NCBI RefSeq assembly: GCF_006345805.1
Contig: NC_043001.1
Location: forward strand, 40,424,001-40,488,000
DNA length: 64,000 nt
Direction: 5' to 3'
From: Octopus sinensis
Taxonomy: Eukaryota
This document shows positions 60,490-64,000 of this stretch, in pieces. Numbering within the stretch: the first letter of the stretch is position 1; each line of letters begins with the position of its first letter. Under the pieces are notes generated by a model that saw nothing but the letters and a program-made list of their open reading frames with translations, made no database searches and had not been told where the DNA came from. The position numbers and the translations under genes are program-made.

Positions 60490-61735
60490 AATTCATTTTT
60501 ATTTTTGTGTTTGTTTTCCTCAGAGGTCTGTAGTTGGGATGTTTTTTTGCTTTAGTGATTGCTGTGTCAATTAAACTAGTGGGATATTTTTGTTCTTTTA
60601 GAAATATTTTTAATTCCTGTAATCTTTTATCCCTTAATTCTGCATCTATTACTATTGTGCAAATTTGTTTTGCCATATTAAAGGGTATGTTTCTTATGGT
60701 ATGTGAAGGATGGGAGGAATGAATATTCAAATATTGGTGTGTCTGTAGGTTTGTAGTAGAGATCTGTTTTTATGGTGTTATTTAGAAGTATGTCTAAAAA
60801 TGGTAATTCCTTTATGTGTTGTTCCATGGTGAACTTTATTGAAGTATGTAAATTATTTAAAAGTGATTGAAAGATTCCTAAGTCTTATTGATATTTGGTC
60901 CAGAATATAAAGCAGTCATCCAAGTACCGTTTCTAGTTGTTGTTTTTTTTTAATATAGATGGAGAATTGTTCGTTAAATGTTTCTGTTAGTTGGGAATAT
61001 AGTTTGACCTCTAATAAGCCCATTACAAGTGTTGCTTAGGCGGGAGCTACTTTTTTACCCATTGCCATTCCTTTTATTTATAAGTAGAAGTTGTTGTTGA
61101 AGAAGTGATTATTTTCCAGTATTAATTTTCATTCTTCTAAAATGAAAGTTTTTGAAAATCTTTCCATGATATGATTTGGGTGTTTTCTTAACCAGAAATT
61201 TATAGCATCAATTCCTAGGTCATGTAGGATATTGGTGTACAGACTAGTTACTTCGATACTAACAAGAATTATCTCCTAGTGGACAGTTTTAGGTATGTAG
61301 TTTAAAAAGTCCATACCGTCCCAGACAAAACTTGGTATCATTTTGTATAGAGGTTTTAGAACTATATCTATTAAGTTGCTTAAGCGTTGTGTACTGGATG
61401 CTGGTCCTGCAATGATTGGGCATAATTTCTGGTCTCTGAGTTTGGGAATTTCGACATATGATGAATTGCTTCCTTTTATGCTGTCTTGGATTTCTTTTGA
61501 TTTGTGGATCTTGGGCAAGCCATAGAAGTTACTGGTTTTGATTTCGAAGTTGGTTAAATAATTAACTTCATTCTCAGTTAGGTTATTAGGATGTTTTGAG
61601 ACCAGTCTATGTATCTTGCCCATGGTATTTTTATCCTCGTTTTGATTTAGCTTCTTGTAGAAGTGATGGTCATTGAGTTGTTCCATCACCTGTAATGATT
61701 CTTGTCCATGATAACTATTGCTCCACCTTTGTCAC
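60490..61735 (-). mobile_element. Penelope-like retroelement RT relic
   Basis: DKGGAIVIMDK, FYGLPKIHK, PIIAGPAS.TQRLS, GMAMGKKVAPA*ATLVMG, KRYLDDCFIFW and HSSHPSHTIRNIPFNMA. In-frame stops are present. Confidence 0.88.
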
Positions 61736-62804
61736 CTTATGGATGTAAGAATGGAAATAAAAGATGAAAGGGTTGGGGACAGAAAAGTTACTAGATTCAT
61801 GTTTGCTTTGTCCCTTACATCTTTAATGAGAGCCATAAAAACTCCACACTCAACAATCACATTTTCTCACTCTCTCTCTCTTACACACACACGCGTGCAT
61901 GCACACATGTGTGTGCGTGTGCACGTGCACACACACACACATACACACTCACTCTCCACTGTATTGACAAATAACATGTAGCTATAGACATTGCTAGTAT
62001 TCTTATTATTGCTTAGTTATTTAAAACTTAACGGGTTGGTGGTGATGGTATTGGTTGTATGAGTTTTGGTGATGATAGTAGTAGTGATAGTGATATTAGA
62101 GGTATTGTTGGTGGTGGCAACAGTCATTTTGATCTTGTTAATTGTATTGTCTGTATAGTTTTGTCTCAAGTCAATCCTTATTGACCTAAGATCAAATACA
62201 TGTCATTCAACTTTTAAAATACACTAGGGTACTACATCATTTCATATGTTGCTTTATTTTTGTTCATACTATTGTTGCTATTGTTGGTTGGTTGGCTGGC
62301 TGTTAATGTTAATGGCAATGGCTATAATGGTTTTGGTGTTGATGTTATGTTGGTTTTGGTGACAAAATCAGCTAAGAGTGGCCAGTGGCATTTATTTCAA
62401 AAACAGACAACATACAACATAAATTCTTGATTTGTTAAAATGGTCCCTGCCTCTAGTGGATGTGTCATAATTACCAAATGGCTAATGAAACTAGCTCTAT
62501 ATAAGAAGGGGAGATAGTCTCAATGATCAGGTATTCTCCAAAGTTGACATCCCATCCAGGAAAAAGACAAGCTTACTGTTTGGAGATAAGAGAACACATG
62601 TTTCTGCCTCAATAGGCATTATCAACATGATGATCGTCTCACCTTCTGTCCAGTAGCCAAGGAACTTCTTAGACTAGGACAAAAAGAGTAGAACATATCT
62701 TCAGCTTAGGTAATTTGCATAATTGAAGCAAAACTGAGACCAAAGAAATAACTCAGAGTAGCCAATGACATGTATTTGAACAACATAGACAGACTGGTAG
62801 GGAG

Positions 62805-62915
62805 AAAGATAGATAGATAGATAGATAGACAGAAAGACAGACAGAGAAACAGAGACAGACAAAACTAGATAGCTAGATAGATAGAAAGATAGGAGATAGA
62901 CAGATAGATAGACAC
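62805..62915. repeat. (GATA)/(GACA) tetranucleotide microsatellite
   Basis: Imperfect agat/agac runs. Confidence 0.9.
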
Positions 62916-63254
62916 AAGGAAATATACTCAAACACATACACAATTATTCACACTGAAAATTCCATTTCATGCTTCATGTTTATAGTCATGCATATACAAA
63001 CATTTACACACACATACAAGCAGGCCTGGTAGGGTTGCTGGTTTAGTCATGGATGACATGACCATGCACCAGGTTTTCCTGGAATACATGTTACTAAAAT
63101 TGACTGATGAAGGAAAGCAAAGCAAAACTTCAAAAAGTCACAGTCAGCCTTTTCCTTGAAAAAGTTTAATAAACACGTACTCTACAAAAAGCATTGAGTA
63201 ATCTTTCAGTTTAATGTTAAATTGTTTATATACATATAACTTGACATAAAAACA

Positions 63255-63560
<306 letters not shown>

Positions 63561-64000
63561 GGATTTGTGTACGTGTGTGTAGGTTGTGATAGATATTGTT
63601 ATTATTTGCAAATATCTATATTTAATATATGCCCCAATTTGACGATGGATATGTGTCTGAGTTTCAGATTCATTATGAGAATCTTTAGAAGAAATTTTCA
63701 TAAATAATTATTTACCTTGTAATCGTTTCTTCCTTCAAACAAATTTGATCTGGTGAAAAAATACACAATAAAATACTGAAAAATTTGGTTTCAAATCCAA
63801 CAAAATTCCTTCATAATTTGATTAGTTTCATTAAGGTGAAAAAAGAAACATGTTAAAATCTGATTTTGTTGACTATTCATAAATCCAGCCTATAAATCCT
63901 GTTATCAAACTGACTTTTTTTTTACACAACAGAATTGTTTTTGTATAGAAGCTGCTAATAAATCACTGAGTAGGTATGCCAATGTATAACTATATATGCT

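Overview
AT-rich eukaryotic genomic DNA. Its SINE, RTE-LINE, MITE and microsatellite content resembles an octopus (coleoid cephalopod) genome; this is inferred from repeat recognition, not from a search. Two spliced protein-coding genes lie on the minus strand. (1) A DDX21/DDX50-family nucleolar DEAD-box helicase (DEVD, GUCT domain, Gly/Arg-rich tail). Thirteen internal and terminal coding exons (33442 down to 17487) join in frame through GT-AG sites. With a 16-codon first exon the CDS is 1926 nt (641 aa). (2) A two-exon THAP zinc-finger gene (9168-9056 + 4812-4437, 162 aa). The standout feature is that the helicase's first coding exon and promoter occur three times in tandem (near 39.0-39.3, 41.5-41.8 and 51.0-51.3 kb) upstream of a single gene body. 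Each copy keeps an open 16-codon phase-0 exon and an identically spaced E-box/ETS/CRE-like motif cassette. The rest of the window is transposon-derived: RTE LINE fragments and tails, SINEs, mariner, piggyBac-derived elements (an inverted pair inside the helicase), Helitron-like elements, a Gypsy relic, a Penelope-like relic, a degenerate minimal-hammerhead motif, MITEs and microsatellites. All translations, coordinates and identities were worked out by hand; repeat boundaries are approximate.
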